A DNA stretch of 64,000 bases from contig JBMNIF010000001.1 of assembly GCA_050950765.1 (NCBI GenBank), positions 448,001 through 512,000 of the forward strand, written 5' to 3'. Each line of letters starts with the position of its first letter. The first letter of the stretch is position 1. This DNA comes from Bdellovibrionota bacterium. GTDB taxonomy: Bacteria > Bdellovibrionota_C > UBA2361 > JAAYZI01. A model generated the notes under the pieces. The model saw nothing but the letters and a program-made list of their open reading frames with translations. It did no database searches and was not told the origin of the DNA. The position numbers and the translations under genes are program-made. This document shows, piece by piece, positions 50,066 to 61,645 of the stretch.

Positions 50066-51637
50066 TTATAATAATTGTTCTTGAAACCCTAATTCATTTA
50101 TAATCCTATGAAATGGTTTAAGGTCTACACCATACTTTTCAGCAAATAAACGTATCTCTTTAGCTGTGTCATCAGTCATTTCGCGGTTTCCGCAGATTTC
50201 ACAGATGTCAGTACCTTCTTCTTTGCAAGAGGTGAGATATGAACCTATTGCTTTTTGTAATTTAGCTTCTTCCACGTCTCCTAATTTATGCTCTTTTATA
50301 AAAGACAAAATGGTATCGGCATCTTTAATATATCCTTTCATTAAAAACATTAATGAGTTATTCTCTAGGTCATTTATTAAATTATTTCTTTTAATTCCAT
50401 CTATTAATGCGCTCGCCGTCCCTAGTTTTTGCATCAGTGAGATATTTTCAGGGTTTGTACAATAGAGTTTATGTCTGTCAAATGATCTGTTATATAATTC
50501 TAGGAATTCTTTATTATCGGAAAAATCCAGTGCTGGCACCCCTTGCTTTTCTAGAAAAGAACTCACTATTGTAAGATAGAGCAACTCGAAGTTAACTTCT
50601 GGGGTATTAGAGATGCAAAGTTTAGTCAACTTCTCGCGCCACGCATCACTTCTAAGTATCTCTTGTGCTTTTTTATTTAGGTCTTTTAAATCATTTTCCT
50701 TTGCAATTGATAATAGTATCGCTGCATTTGGGAAATCAAATTCATTCAATGCGTTAGTAAGACAATCATCAAATGCTTTTTTGACATCATCTCTTTCAAG
50801 GAGCTTCTTTGCTATTTCATCACAACCAAATTTTTTTATCCCAACAAAAAGGTTATTAACAGGAAATCTTATTTTCCCATACTCAAAATAGAAGCCTGTG
50901 TACAAAGGCATATCTTTAAAAGATTTTTCGTCTGATTTTGAAAAGGCGAGATAAAGAACTCCTTTGTGTAATAGGATACACAATTCTTCTGCTAAAGCAT
51001 ATTGTGTCTCTTCTGTCCCCAATTTCTTTTGAATTAAGGTTTCTAATTCTGTTAAATTATTTTCATCTATTAGTTCTGCAGAAAGGTTAAATTTTTTAAA
51101 ATAGGTTAGCGCTACTTCTTTTAAGGTTTCTTGTCTATCTTGAAATATCTTTTCTGCAACTTCTCCACATCCATTTTTATGCAATAATGATGAAATATCT
51201 CTCAATTGTTCAAGGAAATATTCTTCTAAACATATATCTACCCCTTCACCAATGGCAGATATTATCTCACTATCTTTAAGGATTCCTTGCCTTCTAACTT
51301 CTTCCATTGTATTCAAAGCACCTTTTGCAAGGTCCAAATAGGTTTTCCCGTTATAGTAATCAAAAGGGTCTTCAAAAAGCTTAGATAAGTTGCTTATTAT
51401 AGCTTCATCAGGAAGACTTTCTAAAAACTCTTTAGCCCTAGTCCTATCTTCTGTAATTCCCCTTATAAAATCCTTAAATGTTATTTCTGTGGGATTTGTA
51501 ATTTCTGCGGTTGAAAGATCGCCGTTAAAAACTTTATTTGTCCCTTGTGGTGGTGTCTGTGGTCCAGTTATACTTGCTCCATTTATCCTTTGTGGTGGTG
51601 TCTGTGCTCCATTTGTCCCTCGTGCAATTTCTGCCAT
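50066..51637 (-). CDS. hypothetical helical protein, visibly AT-rich
   Basis: 523 aa ORF; duplicated QTPPQ in the N-terminus; no recognised domain. Confidence 0.75.
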   Translation of the reverse strand: MAEIARGTNGAQTPPQRINGASITGPQTPPQGTNKVFNGDLSTAEITNPTEITFKDFIRGITEDRTRAKEFLESLPDEAIISNLSKLFEDPFDYYNGKTYLDLAKGALNTMEEVRRQGILKDSEIISAIGEGVDICLEEYFLEQLRDISSLLHKNGCGEVAEKIFQDRQETLKEVALTYFKKFNLSAELIDENNLTELETLIQKKLGTEETQYALAEELCILLHKGVLYLAFSKSDEKSFKDMPLYTGFYFEYGKIRFPVNNLFVGIKKFGCDEIAKKLLERDDVKKAFDDCLTNALNEFDFPNAAILLSIAKENDLKDLNKKAQEILRSDAWREKLTKLCISNTPEVNFELLYLTIVSSFLEKQGVPALDFSDNKEFLELYNRSFDRHKLYCTNPENISLMQKLGTASALIDGIKRNNLINDLENNSLMFLMKGYIKDADTILSFIKEHKLGDVEEAKLQKAIGSYLTSCKEEGTDICEICGNREMTDDTAKEIRLFAEKYGVDLKPFHRIINELGFQEQLL

Positions 51638-52078
51638 TATTCTTCCTATTAAACTTCTAAAATAAACTTTAAGCTATAAAGTGTATAAGCCACGTACTTA
51701 AATGATTCTATAAAGAATAGAATTCTTAATCAAAAAAATTTTTAAAAAACTATTTCTAAAGTAAGGCACTGATTATTTTATTTAAATTAAAGAATCTTTA
51801 ACCTCCTTAACCTTTTTAAGCGTTAGAATTTTATCACCAAATTAAAATCCAGCCATAGCCCAACCATAGAGAGTCTTAATTTATCTCCCCTTAGATATAA
51901 AAAAAGTGAGCATCTTTCCCTAGCTTTAGAAGTGATCCCGCTTTTAAGGAGAGCTCTTAGAAACAAGCACTAAAAACACCCCTACTAAAAACTTTGTAAT
52001 TTGCAAAAGTAAAAATGTAAGAAAAGTAAAAATAAAGTTAACTAAGAGACTAAGAGAAAAGAGGTTAAAATAGAATAA

Positions 52079-53098
52079 CTAGATCCATTTCTTCTTTCTA
52101 AAGAAAAACAACATTATAATAGCTATTAGTAGCATGATAGAGGTGATAATCCAGAATCCGTTCCGATTATCTAAGAGTGGAATAACCCCGAAATTCATGC
52201 CATACATCCCTGTCACTAAATTTAAGGGGACTGCTACCGTTGTGATTACAGCTAAGATACGCATAATATCACCCAGCTGCACATTAACCATAGCAAAATA
52301 GACATCACGAATACCTACCAAAGAATCTATCTGCGTATCTATGGTTTTACTAATAGCCATAGCGTGATCTTCAATATCACGGAAATAACGGCGCAGATGC
52401 CTTTCTCTGATTAGAGTGGCTTCATGAGCTAATCGAGAGATAACAACACGTTGATCACGCATAACTTGACGAAGGAAAGCGAGGCGACGCTTAATTTGAA
52501 TAATCTCTGTCACATCAAAGCTATCTGGATCTTCAATAATCAGATCTTCTAACTCATCAATAGAGTTTTCAAAATAATTTAACCCTCGAGAAAAACGATC
52601 AATTAGAACGTCCACAATAGCGTGCGTTAAGGTGTCGGTGCCATTAGCTACCGTGCGTTCAGGGATCTGCTTTGAGCGACGAATTAAAGCATCTAACCAA
52701 GGGATCTCCCGTAAGCGGTGTGTAATAACGAACTTTTCAGAGAGGTAGATAGCAAGCGCTTGAGTGTATTCTTCCTCCGTTGCTTTATGTGGCTCCTCCC
52801 TATTTTTTCCCTCTGCAGCATCTTCTTGGAAAAAAGGCTCGGTACTAAAACTGCGAAAAATCATAAAAAGATATTTGCCGTAATCATCCAACTTCGGAGA
52901 GTGGTCGGGATCAAGACAGTCTTCAATAGTTAATTCATGGAGTCCGAAGTGTGTAGCAACCCTCTGCAGATCTCCTGTTGATTCTTCATCAATGTCGATC
53001 CAGATCGTATGCTTTTCGTTAAGAGTATCCAAAACATCAAGTGATTCATGACACTGCAAATTACCTTCTTGATCGTATACCATTACATTGACTGTCAT
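52079..53098 (-). CDS. corA: CorA family Mg2+/Co2+ transporter
   Basis: WID, FGLHELTIED, GMYGMNF (GMN) and C-terminal KKKWI. Confidence 0.95.
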   Translation of the reverse strand: MTVNVMVYDQEGNLQCHESLDVLDTLNEKHTIWIDIDEESTGDLQRVATHFGLHELTIEDCLDPDHSPKLDDYGKYLFMIFRSFSTEPFFQEDAAEGKNREEPHKATEEEYTQALAIYLSEKFVITHRLREIPWLDALIRRSKQIPERTVANGTDTLTHAIVDVLIDRFSRGLNYFENSIDELEDLIIEDPDSFDVTEIIQIKRRLAFLRQVMRDQRVVISRLAHEATLIRERHLRRYFRDIEDHAMAISKTIDTQIDSLVGIRDVYFAMVNVQLGDIMRILAVITTVAVPLNLVTGMYGMNFGVIPLLDNRNGFWIITSIMLLIAIIMLFFFRKKKWI

Positions 53099-53215
53099 GA
53101 TCTTTATTACCTTGTTGATGGAGCTATCGGCACTCTCTTTCTCTTTTTTGTTGTAGAAAACAGAGAAAGATCACCTAACACCGTTTTTCTTTAAATATTA
53201 CATCGGTCTTATTAC

Positions 53216-54244
53216 TCAAAATATACCAAATGCTCTTAACCTATATTCTAAAATCTTTTCAGATGCCACGAACGACTTTACATCTCTAAGACCTAAGCCT
53301 GCAATTGCTGCTGTAAAATTATCCGTATCTTCTACACCACCGTTTTTATAATATTTTTCACCTTCTAGCAAAGCCCTTAATGGGATTAACCCTATAATTT
53401 CCGAACCGGTGACGGTGCAATCTAAAGACTTCGCTAATTTTGCGGCAGCTTCATAGATAATATGGAGTGGCGGATCACCGATCTGCCGAAGGTTTGTTGA
53501 GATCTGAGCCCGTTTAAAATCTTCTATATACCAACCGATCGCTTCACAATTAGGAAACATTCCCGCCTCTCTAAGGGGCGTGCCAGAAGCGTCTTTAATA
53601 ACCTTGCCTGCGGGGTCTCGCTTTAAAGAGCCAGATCCACGTAACTTCGCTGCAATCACTTTTGCCGCTTCTACATTATCGTTAGCAAGGTTGATGTTGT
53701 ACGCCAACATCGGTAAACGTGCTCCGATAATCGTTCCGCCAGCGGATCCCACCTCGCTAGGTCCAAAATCGGGTGTGATCTCCTTATCTTTGATGCGTTT
53801 AAGTAAACCTTGATAACCACCCCGTCTGATGTTTGAAAGTTTAGTTTTTGTTGCGCCTGAAGGTGTTACGCCGTATAAAAAAGTCGGTATCTTTAAATTA
53901 TTCCCCACCTCTTTTGCAACCTCTTCAGCCAGTAGTGCGCAATCTTGTAAGGTGCTCTCTCCTAATGACACAAAAGGACAAACATCTGCTGCGCCGATGC
54001 AGGGGTGTACCCCTTGATGTTTACGCATATCAATTAAGGTTGTAGCACTTTTTATAAATGCTACGGCGGCACCTTTCATCAATTCCAGTGGGGCTGCAAA
54101 GGTGATAACAGATCGACCCGCACTGCGACCACTATCAATGTCAAGAATTAAGGCGCCGTTATCTTTCGCCGCATTAGCAACTTCTTGAATAACGGAGGTA
54201 TCACTTCCTTCACTTATATTTGCAACACACTCTATTAGTTTCAT
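53216..54244 (-). CDS. ftcD: glutamate formiminotransferase
   Basis: LIECVANISEG, IDMRKHQGVHP..GA.DVCPF, AYNINL and GSEIIGLIP motifs. Confidence 0.92.
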   Translation of the reverse strand: MKLIECVANISEGSDTSVIQEVANAAKDNGALILDIDSGRSAGRSVITFAAPLELMKGAAVAFIKSATTLIDMRKHQGVHPCIGAADVCPFVSLGESTLQDCALLAEEVAKEVGNNLKIPTFLYGVTPSGATKTKLSNIRRGGYQGLLKRIKDKEITPDFGPSEVGSAGGTIIGARLPMLAYNINLANDNVEAAKVIAAKLRGSGSLKRDPAGKVIKDASGTPLREAGMFPNCEAIGWYIEDFKRAQISTNLRQIGDPPLHIIYEAAAKLAKSLDCTVTGSEIIGLIPLRALLEGEKYYKNGGVEDTDNFTAAIAGLGLRDVKSFVASEKILEYRLRAFGIF

Positions 54245-54373
54245 AAGATACCTCTTATAACCTTAAACGATCTTAAAGACAGTATTTTATCAGTTTTTTT
54301 CTGAAAAAAATCATATTTGTGGTTTCAACACCTTGCAAAGTTTTGTAGAATACTGCAAAGTTTGGCAGGTTAT

Positions 54374-54447
54374 GGCGACGTAGCTCAGCTGGTTAGAGCA
54401 CAGAACTCATAATTCTGGGGTCGGTGGTTCGTGTCCACCCGTCGCTA
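54374..54447 (+). tRNA. tRNA-Met (CAT), elongator type; CCA not encoded
   Basis: cloverleaf: GGCGACG/CGTCGCT acceptor, CAGAA-CTCATAA-TTCTG anticodon arm, GGTGG/CCACC T stem. Confidence 0.92.
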
Positions 54448-54525
54448 CTATCTTTTTTCTATTGTCCGACTTCTTCTTTGTAAACTCTACTTCTTTGATA
54501 TCATTTTGTATGATTTTCTCTATTC

Positions 54526-55803
54526 ATGGGGAGTTATATGTCATTTTATCAAGTAACGTCAAAGTGCGAAGGTTCAGATCTTGTTCGTGATCTTGTCAGG
54601 AAATATCACTCTCCGTTATACGTTTTTGAAGAAGATATCATCCGCTATCGGTGTCAGGAGTTAAAAAACGCTGTCACCTATAAAAACACCGTAATACGTT
54701 ACGCTTGCAAGGCGTTAACCTTACGATCTGTTTTGCAGATTATACGAGGAGAAGGGATCTGGATCGATGCCTCTTCTTTAAATGAGGTAAAAAGAGCCTT
54801 GTTGGCGGGTTATACGCCATCGGAAATTTTGTATACCGGTGAGAACTGTTCGGAATTAGTATTTAAGGAATTGCTTGATCTTGGAGTATCTATCAATTGC
54901 AGCTCATTAGATCAGTTGCACTTACTGGGAAGATTAGCTGAAGGATCTAAAGTCTCCGTCCGTTTTAATCCAGGGGAGGGGCATGGGGCTAATAATAAAA
55001 TAAATACCGGCGGTCCCTCCAGTAAGCACGGTGTGTACTTTGATCAGGTAGATCAAGTAAAGAAAATATTGCGACAATACTCCTTAAAAATAAACGGCAT
55101 TCATACCCATATCGGATCGGGCACAGATCTTGCGCATTGGCTCCGCATAAAAAACTTAACGTTTGAGATCGCTAAAGACTTCTCTGATCTTGATTGGATT
55201 GACTTAGGTGGTGGGATACCTGTTGTTTATAATCCAGAGGAGGATAAGCCGTTACCCCTGAAAGAGTGGGGCTCTCAAATGACGGCGGAGTTTGAAAAGT
55301 TTTGTGCCGAATACGGGAAAGAGTTGCAACTCCAAATTGAGCCAGGTAGGTTCCTTGTGGCAGAGTGCGGTTCTTTACTGGCTGAAGTGCAAAACTTGAA
55401 GAGAACTCCCGCCTATAATTTCGTTATACTTAATACTGGGTTTAATCATAATCCACGTCCTGCTATGTACGGTTCTTTTCATCCGATATCTTTTGTTGCA
55501 GGCGATGGCAGAGCTATGCAGGGTGAGGTTGAATATGTTGTGGCAGGTTACCTCTGTGAATCAGGCGATGTTTTTACAGTCAAAAGTGATGGAACTTTAG
55601 CCCCGAGAAAATTTCCGCAACTGCAACTTGGCGACATTATGGTCATGAGAAATGTCGGAGCTTATTCACACTCAATGAAGAGCAATTACAATTCAATGAA
55701 CTATCCACCCTCTCTCTTATTACAAAGTGACGGGTCAGTGCGAGTTATTGAAAGGAGAGGAACTCTTGAAGATATTATACGTCGAGAAGTTGAATCGTAT
55801 TAA
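54526..55803 (+). CDS. lysA: diaminopimelate decarboxylase
   Basis: YACKA (PLP Lys), HTHIGS, DLGGG, EPGRFLV, GYLCESGD, GAY and SNYN motifs. Confidence 0.95.
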   Translation: MGSYMSFYQVTSKCEGSDLVRDLVRKYHSPLYVFEEDIIRYRCQELKNAVTYKNTVIRYACKALTLRSVLQIIRGEGIWIDASSLNEVKRALLAGYTPSEILYTGENCSELVFKELLDLGVSINCSSLDQLHLLGRLAEGSKVSVRFNPGEGHGANNKINTGGPSSKHGVYFDQVDQVKKILRQYSLKINGIHTHIGSGTDLAHWLRIKNLTFEIAKDFSDLDWIDLGGGIPVVYNPEEDKPLPLKEWGSQMTAEFEKFCAEYGKELQLQIEPGRFLVAECGSLLAEVQNLKRTPAYNFVILNTGFNHNPRPAMYGSFHPISFVAGDGRAMQGEVEYVVAGYLCESGDVFTVKSDGTLAPRKFPQLQLGDIMVMRNVGAYSHSMKSNYNSMNYPPSLLLQSDGSVRVIERRGTLEDIIRREVESY

Positions 55804-56173
55804 GTAGTTTTTTACCACGATCTTGTGATGTTGTCCCTATCACGACCGAGATCTTTAACGAAACTAAAGCCTCTTTTATCAGATAGATCATAGTGTGGTA
55901 TTGATGAAGAGATAATCATAAAGCCTAAAGAGGTAGCAGGTAACGTTTAGTAGTTTTTTTTCGGCAAAGCTTGGAGACCTCTTTTATCTCTTTATCCTTA
56001 AAGAAGGTAAAAACATCTTTATAGTAAAGAGAGACTTAAGGAAAGAGCTTTTTAGTGTGACGTTTTACTATTTAAAATCTCTATTCAATCTGAATAATAA
56101 CCTTGAATTATGCGCAAAGGGTGGTTATCTCATCTTATAGCTTTAAAGTCTTAAATAAGGAGAGAGCGTAGAG

Positions 56174-57151
56174 GTGCAATATAAGGATTATTACGAGATA
56201 CTGGGGGTAAAACGAGAAGCTTCGCAAGATGAAATTCAGAAAGCTTTTAGGAAACTTGCACGTAAATACCATCCTGATGTTAATAAAGAGAAGGGCGCAG
56301 AAGAGCGTTTTAAAGAGCTTAATGAGGCTTATGAGGTGCTAAAAGACCCTGAAAAACGCTCCAGATATGATGCTTTAGGTTCCAACTGGCGTGACGGTCA
56401 AAATTTTCAACCCCCTCCAGGTTTTGAAAATATCTTTGCTAATTTCGGTTCTAAGCAAGGTACTAGAACTTATAGGACAACCTCCTCGATGGGTGGGGGT
56501 GCTGGTGGTTTTAGTAGCTTCTTTGATGCTTTGTTTGGTGGCGCTGGATTCTCTCAAGGGTTCTCTATGGGGGAAGGTGATTATTCAGATATATTCGGTC
56601 AAAAACCACAAGCGAAGCAACACCAGACGATTAGTGGAGAGCTTTCTATCTCATTACAGGAAGCCTATGCCGGAACCTCTAAGATGTTGACCTTAAAACA
56701 GGGAGATGGTTCTGAAAAAACTATTAATGTGCGGATAAAAGCGGGTGCTAAAGAAGGCTCTGTTATCCGTTTAAAGGGTCAAGGTGGTTTGAATCCTGCT
56801 ACGGGACAAAAGGAAGACCTCCTTTTAAAGATACACGTCATGCCGGATAGTAAATTCCGTTTGGAGGGTGACAGTGTTGTGACTACGGTTGTGATCTCTC
56901 CGTGGGAAGCGATTCTGGGAGTTAAGCTTGATGTGCCAACTTTATCAGGTTCTGTAAAGCTCTCTATTCCGGCGGGGGTGCAAGCAGGAACTCGCTTGCG
57001 CTTAAAGGAGAAGGGTATGCCGCAGAGAGGGGGTACTTTTGGAGATATGTTTGTAGAAGTTCGAGTTGTTATACCTAAAAAGATAACGGAAAAAGAGAAG
57101 GAGCTGGTGAAAAAATTATCAGAACTTTCAAGTTTTAACCCGCGTGGTTAA
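56174..57151 (+). CDS. cbpA: DnaJ-class chaperone without Zn finger (CbpA-like)
   Basis: J domain with HPD, G/F region, C-terminal domain with ISPWEA; no CxxCxGxG repeats. Confidence 0.9.
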   Translation: MQYKDYYEILGVKREASQDEIQKAFRKLARKYHPDVNKEKGAEERFKELNEAYEVLKDPEKRSRYDALGSNWRDGQNFQPPPGFENIFANFGSKQGTRTYRTTSSMGGGAGGFSSFFDALFGGAGFSQGFSMGEGDYSDIFGQKPQAKQHQTISGELSISLQEAYAGTSKMLTLKQGDGSEKTINVRIKAGAKEGSVIRLKGQGGLNPATGQKEDLLLKIHVMPDSKFRLEGDSVVTTVVISPWEAILGVKLDVPTLSGSVKLSIPAGVQAGTRLRLKEKGMPQRGGTFGDMFVEVRVVIPKKITEKEKELVKKLSELSSFNPRG

Positions 57152-57221
57152 TCAGATAAAGAGAGGCTCTTAAAAAGTTATTGAGTCTGTATTGTTCTGC
57201 ACGGTGTTTTTTTAAAGAGGG

Positions 57222-59849
57222 GTGTTGATCATGGATTTTAATCGTTTTACACAAAAAAGTCAGGAAGGTATTTTAGCGGCGCAAGAGTTAGCTATTCGCA
57301 TGAATCATACGGAGGCTGATGTTGAACATCTCTTGAGTGCGCTTGTGGAGCAGGATAACGGTTTAGTGCCGCGACTTCTTGAAAAAATGGGGATCTCTGT
57401 TAGTGCCGTAGAACTCGCTCTTAAAGAGGAGCTCGCCAAGAAACCAGCTTTAAAAAATTCAGCTGGAACTAAACAGGGTGAGATCTATATTAGTCAAGCT
57501 TTAAATAAAGTTTTAATAGCAGCGCAAGATGAGGCAAAACGGCTAAAAGATGAATACACCTCTGTTGAGCATATATTTTTAGCCGCTGTTTCTGATGTAA
57601 AAAATGAAAGGCTGAAAAGTATATTTCAATCTTTTGCCTTAACACGATCGAATGTCTTAGCAGCGTTGACCGCTATCAGAGGGAATCAACGTGTTGTAAG
57701 TGCTAATCCTGAAGAGACTTATGAAGCTTTGCAGAAGTACGGTAGAGACTTAGTTGAAGCTGCTAGGAGAAATGAAGGGGATCCTGTTATCGGGAGAGAT
57801 GCGGAGATTCGTCGTGTTATAAGAATTCTTTCAAGGAAAACTAAAAACAATCCTGTTTTAATAGGTGAGCCAGGTGTCGGTAAAACAGCTATTGTTGAAG
57901 GCTTGGCGCAACGGATCGTTAGAGGCGATGTTCCTGAAGGCTTAAAAGATAAAAAGATCTTTGCGCTTGATATGGGATCTTTGGTAGCAGGTGCTAAGTA
58001 CCGCGGAGAATTTGAAGAGAGGTTAAAAGCAGTTCTACAAGAGATCGTTAAGTCACAAGGAGAGATCATCCTTTTTATCGATGAGCTGCACTTAATCGTT
58101 GGTGCTGGAAAAACTGATGGTGCAATGGATGCTGGGAACTTACTAAAGCCTATGTTGGCAAGGGGAGAGTTGCACTGCATCGGGGCTACAACACTTGATG
58201 AATACAGACAATACATAGAAAAAGATAAAGCCTTAGAGCGTCGTTTTCAAACGGTAGTGGTTGATCAACCTTCAGTGGAAGATACGATATCTATTTTAAG
58301 GGGTATTAAGGAACGTTTTGAGGTGCATCACGGCGTAAAGATTCAGGATAGCGCTGTTGTGGCCGCTGCAGTTTTATCTCAACGTTACATTACCGATCGA
58401 TTTTTACCTGATAAGGCGATAGATCTGATCGATGAAGCTTGTGCATCTATCAGAACTGAGATCGATTCCATGCCTGCTGAGCTTGATGAGGTAACGCGTC
58501 GTATTATGCAGCTTGAAATTGAAGAGGCAGCACTTAAGAAAGAGAAAGATAAAGGTAGTAAAGATCGTTTAAAAATTTTGCAGAAAGACTTAGCTGACTT
58601 GAAAGAGAAAGCTGCAGTTATGCGTGCTCAATGGGAAGGTGAAAAAGATGCTATTGGAAAGGTGCAGACCCTACGAGGTAATATTGAAAAAGTTAAACGT
58701 GAAATCGAACAGGCGGAGCGTTCATACGATCTTAATAAGGCAGCTGAGTTAAAGCACGGTACCTTACCCCGTCTTGAAAAAGAGCTACTGGAAAATGAGA
58801 AATTGATGGATAGCTCTGATAAACCGAAGTTGTTACACGAAGTAGTAACTGAAGAGCAGATCGCCGAGATCGTTGCGCACTGGACGGGCATCCCCGTAAC
58901 CCGTTTAATGGAGGGTGAACGTGAAAAGTTATTGCGCCTTGAAGAGATTCTACATAAGCGTGTAGTTGGTCAAGATGAAGCTGTACAGTTAGTCGCTAAT
59001 GCTGTGATTAGAGCCCGTGCTGGTATTAAAGATCCGAAACGTCCGATAGGATCCTTTATCTTTCTTGGACCGACAGGAGTTGGTAAAACAGAGTTGGCTA
59101 AAGCTCTAGCTGAAACCCTCTTTGATACAGAAGAAAGTATCGTTCGTATCGATATGAGCGAATATATGGAGAAGTTTTCAGTCTCGAGATTGATCGGTGC
59201 TCCTCCAGGGTATGTAGGGTATGAAGAGGGTGGACAACTGACAGAAGCTGTACGTAGAAAGCCGTATTCAGTAATCTTGTTGGATGAGATAGAAAAAGCG
59301 CATCCGGAAGTTTTTAATGTTTTATTACAGGTTCTGGATGATGGGCGTATTACAGACTCTCAAGGAAGAACTGTCGACTTTAAAAATACCGTAGTTATTA
59401 TGACTTCAAATATCGGCTCCTTAGAGCTTTTAGAGGGGTGTGATAAGAATGGTAATATCTCTGATAAAGTCAGTGAGAGTGTTATGAAAGAGCTTAGGCT
59501 CCATTTCCGTCCTGAATTTTTAAATAGGGTTGACGATATTATCTTGTTTAAGCCGTTACGCCTTGATCAGATCGTAAAGATCGTTGATTTACAACTTGAT
59601 AACTTGGGTAAACGTTTAGCTCTTCATGATATTAAGTTAGAGTGCTCTGATGAAGCTAAACGGTGGATAGCTAAAGAGGCGTATGACCCTGCTTTCGGAG
59701 CTCGTCCGATAAAAAGATACATTCAACACAACCTTGAAACAAAGATCGGACGTACCTTAATTGAACGCTCAATAGGTGAAGGGGCTACGGTTTCTATAAC
59801 GCTTAGTGACGGAAAATTGTCGGTAGAGGTAAAGACAGTAGGTGTATAA
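57222..59849 (+). CDS. clpB: chaperone ClpB
   Basis: two AAA+ modules ([16 protein letters not shown]), coiled-coil M domain, GAPPGYVGY. Confidence 0.98.
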   Translation: MLIMDFNRFTQKSQEGILAAQELAIRMNHTEADVEHLLSALVEQDNGLVPRLLEKMGISVSAVELALKEELAKKPALKNSAGTKQGEIYISQALNKVLIAAQDEAKRLKDEYTSVEHIFLAAVSDVKNERLKSIFQSFALTRSNVLAALTAIRGNQRVVSANPEETYEALQKYGRDLVEAARRNEGDPVIGRDAEIRRVIRILSRKTKNNPVLIGEPGVGKTAIVEGLAQRIVRGDVPEGLKDKKIFALDMGSLVAGAKYRGEFEERLKAVLQEIVKSQGEIILFIDELHLIVGAGKTDGAMDAGNLLKPMLARGELHCIGATTLDEYRQYIEKDKALERRFQTVVVDQPSVEDTISILRGIKERFEVHHGVKIQDSAVVAAAVLSQRYITDRFLPDKAIDLIDEACASIRTEIDSMPAELDEVTRRIMQLEIEEAALKKEKDKGSKDRLKILQKDLADLKEKAAVMRAQWEGEKDAIGKVQTLRGNIEKVKREIEQAERSYDLNKAAELKHGTLPRLEKELLENEKLMDSSDKPKLLHEVVTEEQIAEIVAHWTGIPVTRLMEGEREKLLRLEEILHKRVVGQDEAVQLVANAVIRARAGIKDPKRPIGSFIFLGPTGVGKTELAKALAETLFDTEESIVRIDMSEYMEKFSVSRLIGAPPGYVGYEEGGQLTEAVRRKPYSVILLDEIEKAHPEVFNVLLQVLDDGRITDSQGRTVDFKNTVVIMTSNIGSLELLEGCDKNGNISDKVSESVMKELRLHFRPEFLNRVDDIILFKPLRLDQIVKIVDLQLDNLGKRLALHDIKLECSDEAKRWIAKEAYDPAFGARPIKRYIQHNLETKIGRTLIERSIGEGATVSITLSDGKLSVEVKTVGV

Positions 59850-59913
59850 TGAAGGTGAAACTCCTCGATCTTCCCTCTTGCTATAATAGAAAGCATTTTT
59901 CACAATACTGTAC

Positions 59914-61146
59914 ATGAGGGAGTTTAATATACCGAAGCAATATAGATCATCAGCGATCGCAACTTTAAAGTATGCAAGGCAAAAACTTGATCCGAAAAAG
60001 AGAGATCTGACTCCATCTGTGCTTGATTGTGGAGAGATCTCTTTTAAGATCGCTCGTCATTTCGGTTTCTGTTTTGGTGTGCAAAATGCGATTGAAAAGG
60101 CGTACCGTGCGGTGGAGGAGAATCAAGGTCGCCGTGTGTTCCTTATTAGCGAGATGATACACAATCGGATTGTTAATGAGGATCTGAAGTCTAAGGGTGT
60201 GCACTTCCTTTCTGAGTTAAGTCCTAAGATAGAAGATGCTTTAGAACTCTTAAAGTCTGATGACGTTGTAATTATCCCAGCTTTCGGTGCCACCCTTGAA
60301 TTACTTGAAAAATTGAAGAGGCGTGGAATCTCTTCTGAGTTTTATGATACGACCTGTCCATTTGTTGAACGAGTTTGGCGTAAGGTGCAAACGTTGGGTA
60401 AAAGCGGCTTTAGTGTTGTTATTCACGGCAAACATAAACATGAGGAGGTGCAAGCTACCTTCTCACACGCTTCTAAATATGCACCTAGTATTGTCATTAA
60501 AGATCAGGAAGAAGCGCGCCTACTGGCGGAATTTATTACGGACGAGAGACCTCTTTCTGAATTTGAAGCTACCTTTAGTGGTGTTGTATCAGAAGGATTT
60601 GATGCGAGTAGTGACCTTGATAAAATTGGAGTTGTTAATCAAACAACCATGTTGGCTGAGGAAACTCACGCTATCTGTGAGATAATAAAAAACGCTCTTT
60701 TACGCCGTTTTGATACGACGGAGATCGGAGATCGTTTTGCCGAGACAGAAGATACCTTGTGTTATGCCACAACAGAGAATCAGGAGTCTGTCAAGGCGCT
60801 ATTATCTGACGGTGGAGATCTGGCTTTAGTTGTCGGTGGTTATAATTCATCGAATACTTCACACCTTGTGGAGTTGTTGCAGTGGAAAATTCCGACCTAT
60901 TATATAGAGAGCGCAACTGAAATTTTAAATCGTGATCAAATTCAACACTATGTTCTAAGTGCTAAGGATGTTAAAGTATCTTCGAATTGGCTACCGCAAA
61001 AGAGAAAGCCTGTAATTTTATTAACTGCGGGAGCGAGTTGTCCGGATGTTGCTGTAGATGATGTGTTGACACGTGTCGCAGAATGTCTTGAACTTAATAT
61101 AGATTTTGATGCGGTCGTAAATACATATATAAAAGGTCTCCAATAA
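59914..61146 (+). CDS. ispH: 4-hydroxy-3-methylbut-2-enyl diphosphate reductase
   Basis: GFCFGV, IHN, DTTCP, QTT, DTLCYAT, SSNT and TAGAS motifs. Confidence 0.95.
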   Translation: MREFNIPKQYRSSAIATLKYARQKLDPKKRDLTPSVLDCGEISFKIARHFGFCFGVQNAIEKAYRAVEENQGRRVFLISEMIHNRIVNEDLKSKGVHFLSELSPKIEDALELLKSDDVVIIPAFGATLELLEKLKRRGISSEFYDTTCPFVERVWRKVQTLGKSGFSVVIHGKHKHEEVQATFSHASKYAPSIVIKDQEEARLLAEFITDERPLSEFEATFSGVVSEGFDASSDLDKIGVVNQTTMLAEETHAICEIIKNALLRRFDTTEIGDRFAETEDTLCYATTENQESVKALLSDGGDLALVVGGYNSSNTSHLVELLQWKIPTYYIESATEILNRDQIQHYVLSAKDVKVSSNWLPQKRKPVILLTAGASCPDVAVDDVLTRVAECLELNIDFDAVVNTYIKGLQ

Positions 61147-61607
61147 TGAATAGAAATATCCCTACTAATGAACGTGCTTTTACATTAATAGAGCTCCTAA
61201 TGGTTTCTTTAATTCTCGGATTGTTGCTGTTGATGAGCTCAACTGTTTTTTCAGCTTTGCGTTCTTCTGCCAATTACGCCGTTGTAGCACAAGGCATGGG
61301 TGATGCTAGAAAGGCATTTGTAGCAGGACTTGGTGCGCATGATAAAATAATGAACGCCTTAGAGCTATCTCAAAAGACGGCAGGGGAGCTTAAAGATAGT
61401 ACTGCTAGAGAGCTGCTACCAGCTTTTAGATTATCTAAAAAGGTTGCTCTAGATCTGACTTACGATCCGACCTGTGAAGATCTCGGTTGTGAAGAGCTCT
61501 ATATTCAGTTGCGACACTGTCAAGGAAAAGAGTTTCAACGTTTAGTGCGCTTTGGAAATGGAATTGAGGTGTTGCAAGAGAATATTCAAGGAGAGGGGTG
61601 CCCGTAA
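61146..61607 (+). CDS. type IV pilin/pseudopilin-like protein
   Basis: prepilin N-terminus AFTLIELL followed by a hydrophobic helix; C-terminal Cys residues. Confidence 0.85.
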   Translation: MNRNIPTNERAFTLIELLMVSLILGLLLLMSSTVFSALRSSANYAVVAQGMGDARKAFVAGLGAHDKIMNALELSQKTAGELKDSTARELLPAFRLSKKVALDLTYDPTCEDLGCEELYIQLRHCQGKEFQRLVRFGNGIEVLQENIQGEGCP

Positions 61608-61645
61608 TTTTGAAGTTAAAAACTTCTTGTGAAGGTATAAACGCC

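Noticed and set aside
54374..54526. tRNA as integration site of an island
   Set aside because: Housekeeping genes lie on both sides; no integrase and no duplicated tRNA 3' end were seen
56090..56170. CIRCE, HAIR or sigma32 element before cbpA-clpB
   Set aside because: CTTGAA is present but spacing to a CCCCAT-like box is too long, and there is no CIRCE or HAIR inverted repeat
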